Origin: Cladosporium halotolerans
Taxonomy: Eukaryota
Length of the DNA: 64,000 bases
Direction: 5' to 3'
NCBI RefSeq assembly: GCF_011745625.1
Contig: NW_027191456.1
Span: 1,054,001 to 1,118,000, forward strand
Part shown: piece after piece, positions 1 to 12,681 of the stretch
Layout: every line of letters begins with the position of its first letter
Position numbering within the stretch: position 1 is the first letter of the stretch
Position numbers and translations under genes: made by a program
Notes under the pieces: model-generated
Databases searched by the model: none
Seen by the model: the letters and a program-made list of their open reading frames with translations, nothing else
What the model was told of the DNA's origin: nothing

Positions 1-292
1 CCAGCTCGTTGCGGAGATGCGGCTGTACTGCGGTAAGCAGCTTGAGATTCGCATCGCGGGCATGTCGGAGTATGTCCGTACGAGGATGTGGCGCGCGGGG
101 TTTGAGGTTGTCGACGAGGAGGCTGTGATTAGGGGGGATGTGGAAGCGAGCGGTGCGCCCATGCATTTTGCGAGTTTGGCGAGGGCACTCACGGCGCCGA
201 GGGGTAGTGCGGAGGGGAGTTTGAAGGAGCGGTTTGATGAGAAGAAGGGGGATGCAGTGGAGAGGGTGGAGGACGTTGAGGAGAAGGTTTGA
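1..292 (+). CDS. 3' end of a SulP/SLC26 sulfate/anion transporter (STAS-domain C-terminus), truncated by the window edge
   Basis: Frame is open from the window start: QLVAEMRLYCGKQLEIRIAGMSEYVRTRMWRAGF resembles the end of the STAS domain of fungal sulfate permeases; stop TGA at 290-292. Confidence 0.6.
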   Translation, partial: QLVAEMRLYCGKQLEIRIAGMSEYVRTRMWRAGFEVVDEEAVIRGDVEASGAPMHFASLARALTAPRGSAEGSLKERFDEKKGDAVERVEDVEEKV

Positions 293-1058
293 GTCGACTG
301 TAGGGTGTGATTTGGGGCTTCCATTGCAATGGCCTTGTCTCTTTTTTGGAGTTTTATTCGATGGTAGCTACGTTCATGGCTTATGTTTGCATTGAGAAAA
401 ATATGACGGCAGATTTGAAGTTGAATGTCGTCCTGATGTGTTCTCAACTCATCTCATCTGAGTCCCCTAAGATACTCACATTGTTCTCAGGCATTACTGA
501 ACGCATTAACATAGACATCCACGATTTTCCGACTTCTGCACCAATGTTGTCCTCGATCATTAGCAGGCTACAACGCAATCTCTGAATGATTGATGCCAGT
601 GACACTTCGATTTAGCCGAGGTCAGCTCAAAAGCAATTGATACTGCACGCGTGCAAGGTGTCGTCGGTATCGATGCAGCTGAAACCTTCTGTAGGGCAAT
701 ATTCCCCGCCCGCCACGCGATATGAAACGTGCATTAGCAGTGCATAACCACGGATTGGCGATCTGCAATCGGCAAGTGCGGCACGCTTTTACGGTTTGAG
801 GGGAGGAGGAGCAGCCTCGGTTCCCTCGATAGCCGCAATCCCCGTCATATCCGTTCAGCTGGATCAATGGCTCCTCTACTCGATTTCACGATCTTCGAAG
901 GAGCGATATGAGGGGTTAGATTGAGGGGCACAGGTTTGTCAGGCCGTCTCGCTTCAATTCACCGCATCAACCGCACTCGCCGGACTAGCCGTGCAAGTTC
1001 CTGGATTCACAACCACTTGCCTGCGTCCGTCTCGCAATCAGGGCGAAGAACCATTACC

Positions 1059-1952
1059 ATGTCGTCGCAGAACGGTTACAACACCCTCGCGCAAAATGGC
1101 TATGCTCCGAACGATGTAGACGCCGAAGGTGCGGCTCTACTTAGAAAACCTTCTGATCGAAATGGTGGCGAGACATCGCTGACTACTCGCCTGACCACCC
1201 ATTTCACCAACAACGTCAGCAAATCATGGGCAGACATTGCTCTGCTCGGTTGCTACATCATCACCGGGCTGCTAGATAGCAGCAGCGTGTTCATCTGGGG
1301 AAGTTTCGTGAGCATGCAAACTGGTAAGACCACCATCGTCCACATCCAAAACCGCCTCTAATGACAACCAGGCAACACCGTCTACCTGGGCCTAGGCATT
1401 GTAGCACCCCACGACAACGACCGCTGGATCCGTTCTGGCATCTCTATCGCGTTCTTCTGTCTCGGCAGCCTCTTCTTCAGCTTCTACCACCGCGCACTCT
1501 CACCTCGCAAGCGCTGGGTCCTCGTCTCGTCACATCTCATCCAACTGGCCCTAGTCATCGCCGCCGCGCTCATGGTCACGTTTGGCCCGCATACGAGCAA
1601 GGAAACGCCTTTCAATATCTTCATCGGCGCACCCATCGCTCTGATCGCTTTCCAGGCTGCCGGACAGGCTGTCACATCTCGCGTGCTGCAATTTAATGGA
1701 CTCACGAGCGTAGTCTTGACTTCGATCTACTGCGATCTGTTCTCTGATCCGGGACTCGTGGCGGGTTTTCAGGCGAATCCGGAGCGAAACCGGAGGGCTG
1801 CGGCGCCGGTGCTGTTGCTTTTGGGCGCGGTCTTGGGAGGCTTGTGGGCGCATAGTAGTGTTGGGTTGGCCGGGGCGCTTTGGACGGCGGTGGTTCTGAA
1901 GGCGGGTGTTGTCGGGGCTTGGGTGCTTTGGGCGGCTGAGGAGAAGTCGTGA
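1059..1952 (+). CDS. DUF1275 (YoaK-like) multi-pass membrane protein
   Basis: Exons 1059-1323 and 1372-1952; intron 1324-1371 (GTAAGA..CTAAT..CAG). Splicing restores the family motif FVSMQTGNTVYLG; second motif LTSVVLTSIYCDL; several hydrophobic helices. Confidence 0.85.
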
Positions 1953-3331
1953 GGCTAGTCGTTGATCTGTCTCGTGTCCAGACCACGGTTCTGGACGATT
2001 GAGAGATAGGCGAGAGTCGAATAAACCTGGGATCATCTGGGTTCAGAGCGTGACGAAGCACAAACTGTCAAAAATCACTCTCCCTAATTACACCGATCAC
2101 TACGAAGACTCAGACGAGAACTCCTTCCATCTAGATATCTTTTTCCAGTCTGGTATTCATAAGTGCTCTCGAAAGTATGACGGTTTTCGCACGACTTGCT
2201 CTCAGCATAGTGCTCTGCCAGATCGTTGTCAAGCTAGAGATGGCCGTCATGCGGTTTGATTTGCCACAGCGCAAGCCCGCAACTTCGTTAGTAATGCATG
2301 ATCCTATTTATTATTTAAATAATAGACATTGACTCGAGATCGGGAGGAATGCAAGCAGCCGCTAGCGTCAACCTTCCCGCGCCCAATCAAGTCTTCGGCG
2401 CGCCTGCGTGTAAGTGAATGACGGGATGCGATGTCTTTGAATCGCTCATGCTTGCCTCAGCAGCACATTAAGCTGCTTTGTTTCTATCGTTGTTGATGGC
2501 GACACGAGTACTGAGAGGGTATGGCCAGTGGATATATCGAATGAAAGAATCAATCGATGGGGAGATGTCAGTGGGAGTGGTCGAAGCAGAAGCAGCCTTG
2601 GATCACCAAGCAAAACTTCCGGTCTCGTGAACAGTTGAGCAGTACAGATCACGCATGGTAATGAAATTTTGAATCCCTTTACGCCCTTCGATGTGACGGC
2701 GTGCGCGTGTAGTGTCGGACCTATGGAGCGTCCAATGGTAGATACTCATGCTATCTGTCTTCGGAGTAGGGATGGGCCCAGGACAGCGCTTTAGGAAACA
2801 CCTCAAACGTGCTTTACTACTGATTAGCAGCAGCTCAGAAGCTTCGAATCGACGGTTTAACGCGCTCCAATAATACCTTAAAATCCAAAATTGTTTTCTA
2901 ATGACTAGCGTTCAGGTGAAAAGAATACTCAGCCAAAGCTGGAGCACGACGATTGGGCGAGACGTCAACTCGAGACGTCATACCATAACTCAGCTCGTGA
3001 GCCATGAGATCGACTCCGAGCGAAGCATTGTGGACGAACGACATCGAATTCTGCGATCTTCGCACCTTCTGTTAATAATAAGAGGTATGCAATTTCTGTT
3101 GCCATACGTTTGAGTTCTAAATCCCACTTTCGCGTTCCCCTCCGTTCCTTATGATGTCAAGATGATCGATGATCGATGCCCCTCCACCCCACACGCGCCG
3201 TCACTCGCGTGCTCCTACCCATGAATAAAATGAGAACAGTCGTTGCTTCTGTTTTCTGACCTACATTCTCTCTTCAACAAATACTACACCACTCAAAACC
3301 CTCACAACCCAACCTCTACACCTCACCAAAC

Positions 3332-3682
3332 ATGCCTCGCAACGGAGACGGTTCCGCCGACAACGTCGTCGACACTGGCGCTGGTAGCCAGGCCCACGGT
3401 GTCGCTGCCAACGTACGTTTTGAGTCACCTTTAGGAAGCAAATCTGCAAGCAATACTAATAAGTCGTACAGGACCCCGCCTCCTCTGGCGTCGACCGCAG
3501 CAACAAGGCTGCTGCTCCTCCCGCTCCTGAGAAGGGCGGGGCCATCGAGGGCATGAACGCTTCTGGCGGCGGCAACACCGCATCTGGTACGACTTCCTTC
3601 TTGAGAGAAATAGTTCGGAGCCACGTTAACCAAATCTCTCGTAGGCAGCGGAAAGGTCACCCACATCGAGCCCAAGAACTAA
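3332..3682 (+). CDS. Small (77 aa) Gly/Ala/Ser-rich hydrophilic protein, 3 exons, function unknown
   Basis: Exons 3332-3412, 3472-3586, 3645-3682; introns GTACGT..CTAAT..CAG and GTACGA..TTAAC..TAG join in frame to MPRNGDGSADNVVDTGAGSQAHGVAAN-DPASSGVDRSNKAAAPPAPEKGGAIEGMNASGGGNTASGSGKVTHIEPKN*; C/A-rich leader and AAACATG context. Confidence 0.75.
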
Positions 3683-3808
3683 GGCTATCACGATACCCCA
3701 GTCATGATGATATGAAGAGTTGAATAAAAGAATTGTAAAACGGCTTCTCAAACCCGGACGAAGTCTATGTATTTTATGTAGGACCTTTGAATCCAGCGGT
3801 GTCATTGT

Positions 3809-5262
3809 TCAGGCAACTTTCAGCTGGAATCCACCGCCTTTCTCCTCTTCCTCGCGGCCCTTGAAGATGGAGCTGTAGTCAATGTCGCCCAAGCCAGGTG
3901 CAGCACCGCGCACAGGCGCACTCGGACTAGCATGTCGTCTCTTTTTCTCCTGGCCGGCTTTGGATGGGAATGTCGGGAACACGGATGTCGGCTTTGGTCG
4001 GGGATCCTCTTTGAAATATTTGTGGCTCAGCATTTCGCTGGCAGAAGGACGCCGCGAAGGATCGAGTGAAAGCAGGCTGTCGAGTAAAGACGCGCCAGCG
4101 TTGGTCAAAGTCGGGAATTTAGATCGGATGACGCTGCCCAGCGCGCCTTTTTGGTTGCTTGGTAGTCGTAGAGAGCGTGCGTTGGGTAGGCGCTTGAAGC
4201 CGGGCCAGGTCTCTTCTGTTGGTATACCACATAGTTCGAAGATCTGTATGTTCGTCAATTACAAAACATGGATAGCGTATCGATTCTCTCCAGCCCTCAG
4301 ATGCTGGATGCGTGACTCACCTTGCTCAGTTGGTCGACTTCATTCTTCCCCTGTAGCAGCGGGGTCCTCGTGAGCAACTCGCCAAAAATACAGCCTAAGC
4401 TCCAAATGTCGATTGAAGAGTCGTATGTTGTTGCGCCGAGGAGGAGTTCAGGAGATCTATACCAAAGCGTGACAACCAACTGCGTGAGGTTCTGCGGAGG
4501 CGGGTCGCCGCAGAAGCGAGCCATTCCGAAGTCTGCGAGCTTGATCTCTCCACGGTTATTCATGAGAATGTTGCTCGTCTTGAGGTCGCGATGCAAAATC
4601 CAATGGTCGTGCAGAAACTCCACAGCGCTACCCAGCTGCAACATGAGCGTCTTGACTTCCGAAGGCAAGAATGGCTCGGCCATGTCTTCCTGTAGCGTCT
4701 TCAAATCGTGCTCGAGGAACTCCATAACAATGTATACATCTCCTCTCGCAGTGCCTTCACCTGTGACAATTTCTCGCAGCTCTACGACATGCCGGTGTTT
4801 CGCTGCGGTCAAGCATTGTATCTCCCGAAGCGCCGTCACCGGGAAACCTGCGTCTCTCGCAGTATCGAGTTTCAGTTTTTTGATAGCCACTATCTCTCCT
4901 GTAGCCTCTTCTTTGGCCCGCGACACGTATCCATAGCTTCCTTCCTCGATATGGTTGAGGCGGTCAAACCGCTCCACTGAGCGGCACGGCTGCCAAACAG
5001 GTGCCTCAAAGCGTAGCAATGGTCGTTCGGCCGCAGCACCGTCGCTCGTATCTGAGGCTCGTTCTCCAGAAAGACGTCGCCTCTTCGGAGGCCTCTCTGC
5101 GTTCTCTTGCTCTTCCTTCTCTTTTGCGACTGCGGCTCGCTCGGCCTCTTCCTCAGCTTTACGTAGCTTCTCTACCTTCAGTCGCTTCTTTTCCTCCTTC
5201 TCAGCTTTTCTCCTTGCATCCTCGGCGGCGTCCTCGGCTGAATCTGCCCATCGCGACGACAT
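3809..5262 (-). CDS. cdk11: CDK11/PITSLRE-family cyclin-dependent Ser/Thr kinase (S. pombe Ppk23/Cdk11-like)
   Basis: IEEGSYGYV, GFPVTALRE (PITSLRE-like), HRDLKTSN, DFG, VVTLWYRSPE and the C-terminal FPTFPSKAGQEK..SPSAP; charged N-terminus; intron 4244-4320 (GTGAGT..CAG). Confidence 0.9.
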
Positions 5263-5451
5263 TGTTCACTTGCTCAGTGCCAGATATTGCGCGTTCGTGC
5301 AGCGCGCCGGAGATGAGTTGCGGAGTGTCGGCTTTCGAAGTTCGAAGTGACGTCTTGACTTTCGTGTTTGGGACGTCGAGATAATCTTTTGCGCGACAAG
5401 TGAATTGCTCATTTTCCCTCCCACACGTTTGAATTTCTTCGGTGCGCTATC
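5263..5451. promoter_or_regulatory. Compact bidirectional promoter between cdk11 and NDUFAF7
   Basis: Only 189 bp separate the two divergent ATGs (5262 minus, 5452 plus). Confidence 0.6.
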
Positions 5452-7124
5452 ATGAGAAGCAGCTTGTCGCGTACGGCAAGGCAGCTCTCTCGCAATGTCA
5501 ACAGGCTGAGCGTGCAGCCGTGCCGAGTCTCCGGCGCAAGATGGAGCTCCACAGAAGGAGGCCATAAGTGGTCTACGCCGCTGGCTAAACAGCTGGCGGA
5601 AGTTATTACGGTAAATAATGCCTTCTATGAGTGGTAGGGTATTATATGAACGTATGCTAATCTTGTGAGTAGACTACCGGCCCTCTGCCTGTGGCTTCGT
5701 TCATGCGCCAATGCCTTACCTCTGACCTCGGCGGCTACTACACCTCTTCGTCTACAGAGAAGGACCAGTTCGGCGCGAAAGGCGACTTTGTTACTTCACC
5801 AGAAATCAGCCAAGTGTTTGGAGAGTTGATTGGAATATGGGTGGTGGCAGAATGGATAGCTCAGGGCAAGAAGAGCGACGGTGTATATCTCATGGAAATT
5901 GGCCCCGGCAGAGGCACCCTCATGGACGACATGCTGCGCACACTAAGATACTTTCCCGACATGGCAAAAGCTACAGAGGCAATATACATGGTAGAAGCAA
6001 GCTCCAATCTCAGAGAGGCCCAGCACAAGCTGCTATGCGGCGACAACAAGCTCGAAGAGACGAAGATGGGATGGCAGAGCGTCAGCAAGTACTCGCCGGA
6101 CCTCAAAATCGTTTGGACAGAAGATATTCGATTCGTACCCAAGGAAGCCAGCAAGACACCCTTCATTGTTGCCCACGAATTCTTCGACGCCTTGCCCATC
6201 CACATCTTCCAATCTGTGCCGCCTGCACCGCAGAATGAACAGACTGATAACACGATTCAAACGCCGACTGGGCCTATTCAAGCGCCTCGCAGACTACCAC
6301 AGGCCGCTCAGGAGCATCAATGGCGCGAACTTATGGTTTCTCCCAAAGCCCCTCACCGGCTTACGGAAGGCGAACCGGAGTTCGAGATGAGCATGGCCAA
6401 AGCCGCGACACCACACTCGATGTACCTACCTGAGACATCCAACAGGTACAAGGCCCTTAAAGACACCACAGACGCCACCATTGAAATCAGCCCTGAAAGT
6501 CAGGCTTATGCCCGAGACTTCGCAGAACGCCTTGGTGGCTCCAACCCCGTCCAGCCCGGCAGCCAGAGACCTCAGCCCACGCAAGTCCCTGGACGCCCCG
6601 TCTCCTCCGCTCCAGCACAAGAACCCTTCACCAAGCACGAGCCCTCCGGCGCCGCCCTCATCATCGACTACGGCCCGGCGTCCCAGATCCCGGCGAACTC
6701 GCTCCGTGGCATCCGCGCGCACAAGCTGACCTCGCCCTTCGATTCGGCCGGCATCACGGACCTGAGCGCGGACGTCGACTTTCTCGCACTCGCGGAGGCC
6801 GCTATCAACGGCTCGCCGGGTGTCGAGGTGCATGGACCAGTTGACCAGGCTCGCTTCTTGGGCGCCATGGGCATCCAAGAGCGGGTCGCGCAGCTCGTTA
6901 AGCAAGCAGTCGACAAGGAACGTGGTGGCAGCACGGGACAGGACAAAAGCGAGCTCACAGAGACAGTCAAGAGGATCGAGGGTGGTTGGAAGCGGTTGGT
7001 TGATACCAGTCCTGAGGGCATGGGAAAGCTGTATCAGGTGATGGCGATCTTGCCTTACAAGCCTGTGAAGCAGGGCGTGGCTAGGAGGAAGCCTGTGGGC
7101 TTTGGTGGTGATGTAAGATTCTAG
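5452..7124 (+). CDS. NDUFAF7: Mitochondrial SAM-dependent arginine methyltransferase NDUFAF7/MidA (complex I assembly)
   Basis: Arg/Ser-rich presequence; intron 5611-5672 gives ITTTGPLPVASFMRQCLT..GGYY; GDFVTSPEISQVFGELIG, EIGPGRGTLM, HEFFDALP, LIIDYG, DLSADVDF. Confidence 0.92.
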
Positions 7125-7497
7125 AAGGTAACATTTGTATTATATATGAGTATGAGAATCATGGCTGCTAGACAGAAGGCTTACTTCATTTTGGAGCGTC
7201 TGGTAACAGTGCCGATAGCCACAAGAATTCCTGATAGACATTCGACAGTTGTATTGCCTTAACGCTGCCATTTCACAAATGTCTTGAGCAAAGCAGCTGC
7301 CCATCAACATTCTTTTTCTTGTATGATTTCGTGCTGTTCCGTGAGGCGATTCAACTTAGAGAATAGGTACTGTATATTGTAGGTCGGTTGGTGCAACAGA
7401 ATGTCGCCAGCCAATCACAGCCAGCCATGGAAAGCGCGCGCCAGCGTCAAAGCGAACTTCAGCACGCCTCCCGCGGCTGCATCTGCATTCGCTATCC

Positions 7498-8970
7498 ATG
7501 GATGCGACTCAAAATAATGCGGCGCCTTCTCAAGCCTTGAGCCAGGGCAAGGGCGGCAAGGAAGATGCCATCCGTCAACTGGCTGAAGCCTCAGCGAGCG
7601 GCGATGGGTCAATATTCTCAACCCTGACCAGTAATCCGCTCTTCACTGCAGGCTTCGGCCTCGCAGCGATGGGTGCTACGCTGAGATATGGATCCCAAGG
7701 ACTCAGACGAGGAGCAGAACTTGCGCGACGGCGGTTACTGGTGGATTTGGAAGTCACAAGGCACGATCCTTCTTACCCCTGGGTTCTAAATTGGATGACC
7801 ACTCAGTTCCAAAACCAACTGAAACCGACTGGACCTCGCAAGGATCTGGGCACTATGGAGTATCTTATTCAGAGATTCACGCCCGGACTGCATCATTTAC
7901 AAATCGATACGACTCGTATCAAAACCGCAGGCGGCTCCGAGCAGACGATGTTCTCTCTCGTCCCGGGTCACGGAAAGCACATTCTCCGCTACAAGAACGC
8001 CTTCATAGCCGTCAGCCGCGAAAGGATTGGCAAAAGTTTTGACGATAAAGGCCGACCTTTTGAAACCATCACCATGACGACTCTCTACCATCAGCGGAAG
8101 ATCTTCGAAGACATCTTCCAAGAAGCGCACCTGGCAGCGAACGAGCACAATGAAGGCAAGACCGTCGTCTACACGTCGCGCAACCAGGGATGGGATGCGT
8201 CCGTAGAGCCCAAAAGACGGCGTCCGTTCGACTCGGTGATCCTAGAGGAGGGTCTCGCCGATAAGATTCGCGACGACGTACAGGAATTCATCAACACTCG
8301 CGAATGGTACCTGGACCGCGGCATTCCATACCGACGTGGGTATCTGCTCTACGGACCCCCAGGCACAGGCAAAACATCTTTCGTTCAGGCATTGGCCGGC
8401 GCTCTGGATTTCAACATCGCTATGCTAAGCCTCAGCAAGCGCGGCCTGACCGATGACCTCCTTAACAAACTCTTGGAACAAGTCCCACCACAAACTATCG
8501 TCCTCCTGGAAGACGCCGACGCGGCTTTCAGCAACAGACGCCAGCGCGACGCCGACGCCTACAGCGGCTCGACCGTGACCTTCTCCGGCCTGCTGAACGC
8601 CCTAGACGGCGTCGCCAGCGCCGAAGAGCGCATCCTGTTCATGACGACCAACCACATCGACCAGCTCGACGACGCTCTCATCCGCCCTGGCAGAGTCGAC
8701 ATGACCGTGCACCTGGGAAATGCGACCGAGTGGCAGATCGGCAAGCTGTGGGACCGCTTCTATGCCCCGTATGACCCTGAAGGCGAGGGCAAGCGGCAGT
8801 TCGTCCAGCGGGCCAAGGATATGGGGCTCGTGGACAATGTCAGTACGGCGCAGTTGCAGGGCGTGTTCTTGTACAACAAGGATGATCCAGAGGGCGCTAT
8901 TGAGATGGTGGGACAGTTGGCGTCGATCGTGCATGCGCAGCAGCAGAAGAAGCAGGAAAATGTATCATAG
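7498..8970 (+). CDS. BCS1: Mitochondrial AAA chaperone BCS1 (Rieske protein insertion)
   Basis: NPLFTAGFGL transmembrane segment, BCS1_N region, GIPYRRGYLLYGPPGTGKTS (Walker A), LLEDAD (Walker B), VTFSGLLNALDG, LIRPGRVD; single exon. Confidence 0.93.
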   Translation: MDATQNNAAPSQALSQGKGGKEDAIRQLAEASASGDGSIFSTLTSNPLFTAGFGLAAMGATLRYGSQGLRRGAELARRRLLVDLEVTRHDPSYPWVLNWMTTQFQNQLKPTGPRKDLGTMEYLIQRFTPGLHHLQIDTTRIKTAGGSEQTMFSLVPGHGKHILRYKNAFIAVSRERIGKSFDDKGRPFETITMTTLYHQRKIFEDIFQEAHLAANEHNEGKTVVYTSRNQGWDASVEPKRRRPFDSVILEEGLADKIRDDVQEFINTREWYLDRGIPYRRGYLLYGPPGTGKTSFVQALAGALDFNIAMLSLSKRGLTDDLLNKLLEQVPPQTIVLLEDADAAFSNRRQRDADAYSGSTVTFSGLLNALDGVASAEERILFMTTNHIDQLDDALIRPGRVDMTVHLGNATEWQIGKLWDRFYAPYDPEGEGKRQFVQRAKDMGLVDNVSTAQLQGVFLYNKDDPEGAIEMVGQLASIVHAQQQKKQENVS

Positions 8971-9717
8971 TGGCGATCTAGTGTATGATGTACATGTATT
9001 ATTACAACTCATGTTGGTACTTATTTCCGTTTGCAATGAGAAACAGCGGGTCCGTAAGTCTCATAAGACCCCAACCAACAGATTGAATCTGATCGATTTG
9101 ACGCTGGCATGCGAAAAGGGACATGTATTACCATCGAAGAAGGGAAGGCAACAAGCCTTTGATCTGACTGCAACACTGGAACAGCTCGATGATTTTCTGT
9201 GATCTCCATTCATTGTTTCTGTCTCAGCATTCCCATGTGCAAAGGCCCCATATGTAAGTGCCCAGCCCTCAGAACTGGTCTTCTCCCTATCCACATCCAT
9301 CTGCCAGACCTGATCTGAACGAAACACACACCATTCCATTCCGTTTCCCGCAATGCCTCCCTCTGTGATACCCCTGGCTGTGACACTCCGACTGCCTGCT
9401 TTGTTCCCAGCCAAATCACCGCACCTCCGTGTTTGTGTGCAAAAGACCAAAACCAAAAAAAGGGAACAGTTTCAGGCGACCGCAATGTCCGCCGACGACA
9501 GCCGAAGCAGAAAATCAAGAAAGCAAAAACGCAAAAAAACTCCTCGCTATGCCCGCTTGGATGGGGAGTTGCTTACCATTGGTGTCTCGTTCTTTGGAAA
9601 TACTCGTCGTCGAGCGCTGTCTGTGGTGTGTAGACGTTCTTGTTTTTAGAATTCAGGCGATCCGATGGTTCTCCGCGAAGCATGTGACCCATCTTCCCTT
9701 TCATTCGCTCTACAGAT

Positions 9718-11321
9718 CTATTGCGGCACCTCCTTCGACTCCGCCTTGATAGAAGGGCTCCCGAGGCGCGACGGATCGGGCGTGTTGGCGTGCTCGGCCT
9801 TGCTGCCCTTCTCACGCCAGGTGCTGACGGCGGGCACGTCGGCGTAGATGCGCTCTTCCTCGGTCTTGTAGGCGCGCGGCGTGAGCTTGATGAGGCAGTG
9901 CAGCGGGACCTCCATCCAGGGGCTCTTGTCCTGCGCAGAGCCCATGAAGTACGCGTAGATGCAGCGCAGCACGGCCTGGTGCGTGACGATCAGGATGTTC
10001 TCGCTGCGCTCGAGCTCCATGATAATCGGCTCGAGGCGGATCACTACGTCGCGGTAGGACTCGCCGCCCGTGTAGCGGTAGTTGTACTTGTCTTCGTCGC
10101 GGGCTTTGAAGTCGTGCGGGTACTGCTGTTCGATGTCCGCGTAGGTCAGGCCGTCGCAGACGCCGGAATCGAGCTCATCCAGAGCTTTCCAGGAAAGCTT
10201 CTCGTAGGGGAGGTGGTGGGCTGTTTGGGCAGTGCGCTTCAAGGTGGAGGTCCAGACTGTGAGGGGCCGGTCGCCAGCGGATTGCTTGACAAGATCAGGG
10301 AGGACTTGGGCGTAGCGCTGGCCGCGCTCGGAGAGGTTCGCATCGCCGCCGATTTGACCGGAGAGATTGTACATGGACTCGCCGTGCTGGGACGTGTGGT
10401 CAGTCTAGACAAGTGTGAATAGAAAATGACAAAAACTTACCCGACTGATCCAGATGCTCCTGGGCTTGATGTGCAGGTTCATGAGGTAATATACCACGCG
10501 CGACTGCAGGTAGTCCTGTATCCTGTTGATAATGACTTGACTTCCAACATCAATAATCTTGCAGTAAGTCATATCAGACTCGTCCTCGTCCAGTGTCTCG
10601 TATACCCGCTCGTACATTGTGATGCGCTGTCTGAAATCAAGCGCCGCCTGCTCAGGATCTTGGCCTTCGTAGTCCGGGCTGGTCAATTTGACCTCGCGGA
10701 TGTTCGACATGATGACATCCTCATCCTCGCACTTGCTCTCGACGAACAGTGTCTCCACTCCCTCAGCATCGCAGCGGTCCTTGATCCACCGGCGTCTCGA
10801 TTTTGTAGAGTTGGTGGCGTCTAGAATGGCAATGAGGTTGTTGGGCGACTTGAACCACCTCATCATATCAGCGACAGCCGCCTCTGCGGCAGCCATACGA
10901 AGACGCTCGCCTTCCTTGTTGCTCGTATCGAAGAAGTCGGCGGTCGGGTGCGGGGTGTCGTTGCGGCGATACGAACCGACGTTGAAGCACCTCGCGGTGA
11001 TCGAGAGCCAGCCCAGATATCTGACAACTGCGAAACAAGGGTAAGTACGTTGCCTCAGCGGTGTGCGACTCTCATCCAACTTCCAAGCATACCTTTTTGT
11101 GCAATCAAGCTCTTGCCCCTCGCGGGCAGCCCGACCATCACGACGCATATCCTGGTGTCCTCCACTTGTACACCGACTCCATTGGTCTTTGAGTTGGGCC
11201 TCGTTCTCGAGGACGGAAGCATGAACTCGCCCTGGGGAGACCAAGCAGTGCTGGTGCGACGCTGGTCCGCAATGGCCGTGTTGGCGACAGCTTTATTGGG
11301 CGGAGGCATGGCGGATGGCAT
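9718..11321 (-). CDS. FBP26: 6-phosphofructo-2-kinase/fructose-2,6-bisphosphatase (Fbp26-type)
   Basis: VMVGLPARGKS P-loop, FNVGSYRR, ILDATNST, SR|HGES phosphatase motif, LDELDSG, THQAVLR; introns 11028-11092 and 10387-10440. The start could be 11321 or the downstream ATG at 11222. Confidence 0.9.
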
Positions 11322-12681
11322 TGTGGTGAGCGAGCGGGATTTGTGTGTTGCTGGGTTGAAGCGGTGGGGTCAGGGTGCACTCTGTTCAGTGCGAGCGAGA
11401 GGGAGCGTCCAATGCAGGCGCTGAATGCTTTCGGGCTTGCCGCGTGTAGTCTGCGCTTGCCTCTAGCAATTTCATGTGAAGGCCGAGGGCCGGTCGGGTG
11501 CGAGGGAAGAGTGCGGGTGGGTTGGCGGAGGGGCGAGACCGACTTTGGAGGGTTTCAGTGAGATGACGTCCGACACGTGCAGTGAGTTGCACAGGAAGGT
11601 GGACGTGAAGTGAGGCTTCCCTGAGGAGTGACGGCGGCGGTCCGAGGAGGCTGCTCCGAGTGTTTCTGAAGCGACGACGACGACGACTACTACGACGTTC
11701 AACGGTGTGAGAGTGCGGGGCGGCTGCGGCGAGCTGGGAGGGCATCGTCCACCGTCGTCTCGACTGCGAGGCTACTGCGCCTGGGTCTGCTGCTGCTGAG
11801 CCTACGCTTGCCGGAGCCCCACGCTGAGCATGACGCTCGCCGCCCTCACAGGCTCACACCAATGAGTGCCGTCATCGTCTTGGGCCTTCCGCGGTGGCTT
11901 GCGGTCGGCGGAAGTCGGAGCGGATCTGCGTACATACGAGGTCTCGTGGCCACCCTGCGACCGTTTGTCCGCTACGACGCCGTTCAGTCGACTCCCGGGT
12001 GAGACGTGATACAACATATCATGCACGTGACCGTTGACAGACATTCTGTCCTACCGATAACTCATCTCCCTGTGCCATATTGCTCTTCGACGCCGTGACC
12101 CGGCATCCGCAACCGGGAAAGCCGGCGGGTCCGGGGCCGCAAACAAGGTGCCGTAGCCTGATCTTCGATGGATCCATTCACGGCTTGTGAATCCAAAAAC
12201 AGCCTAAGGCAATCCAAGCGTAATGATGATGGTGACCGCCTTTTGGGTGACAGGAAGAGATTTTTATCGATGTTCTGGCCACGGACACGTGCTGGCTTGC
12301 GACCTGGTCGGTCCACGGATCTGTAACACTACTGGCAGAGAAAGTGGATTATGATGATCCAATTTTAGCACTGGTCGAGAGTTCCTCGTACTCTCGCTAT
12401 AATAGAAGTGTGACACTCAGGGACAATGTACAGAAATGACAAAGCTCGTCAATTGTTTTTATGCCGTTGCAGCAGGCTTCTGGCGATGATGGATAAAATT
12501 GAATACCCTACCCCTAGTTTTAATAAGTTGAAGGCGTACTCTTGATGCTCAACCCGACGCAGAACGGCGGTAGAGCTATATCAACAAACGTTTCAGAGAC
12601 ACAAGCATCCATCAAGCTTGATCCTTCTACGGGGCAGGCCTCATTACCACGTGAGTCCTGTCTGCTGTGCATCTTCTGTAC

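Noticed and set aside
12222..12420. ATGATGA box-C-like motifs suggesting a C/D snoRNA
   Set aside because: No suitably placed CTGA box D, terminal stem or recognisable rRNA guide was found.
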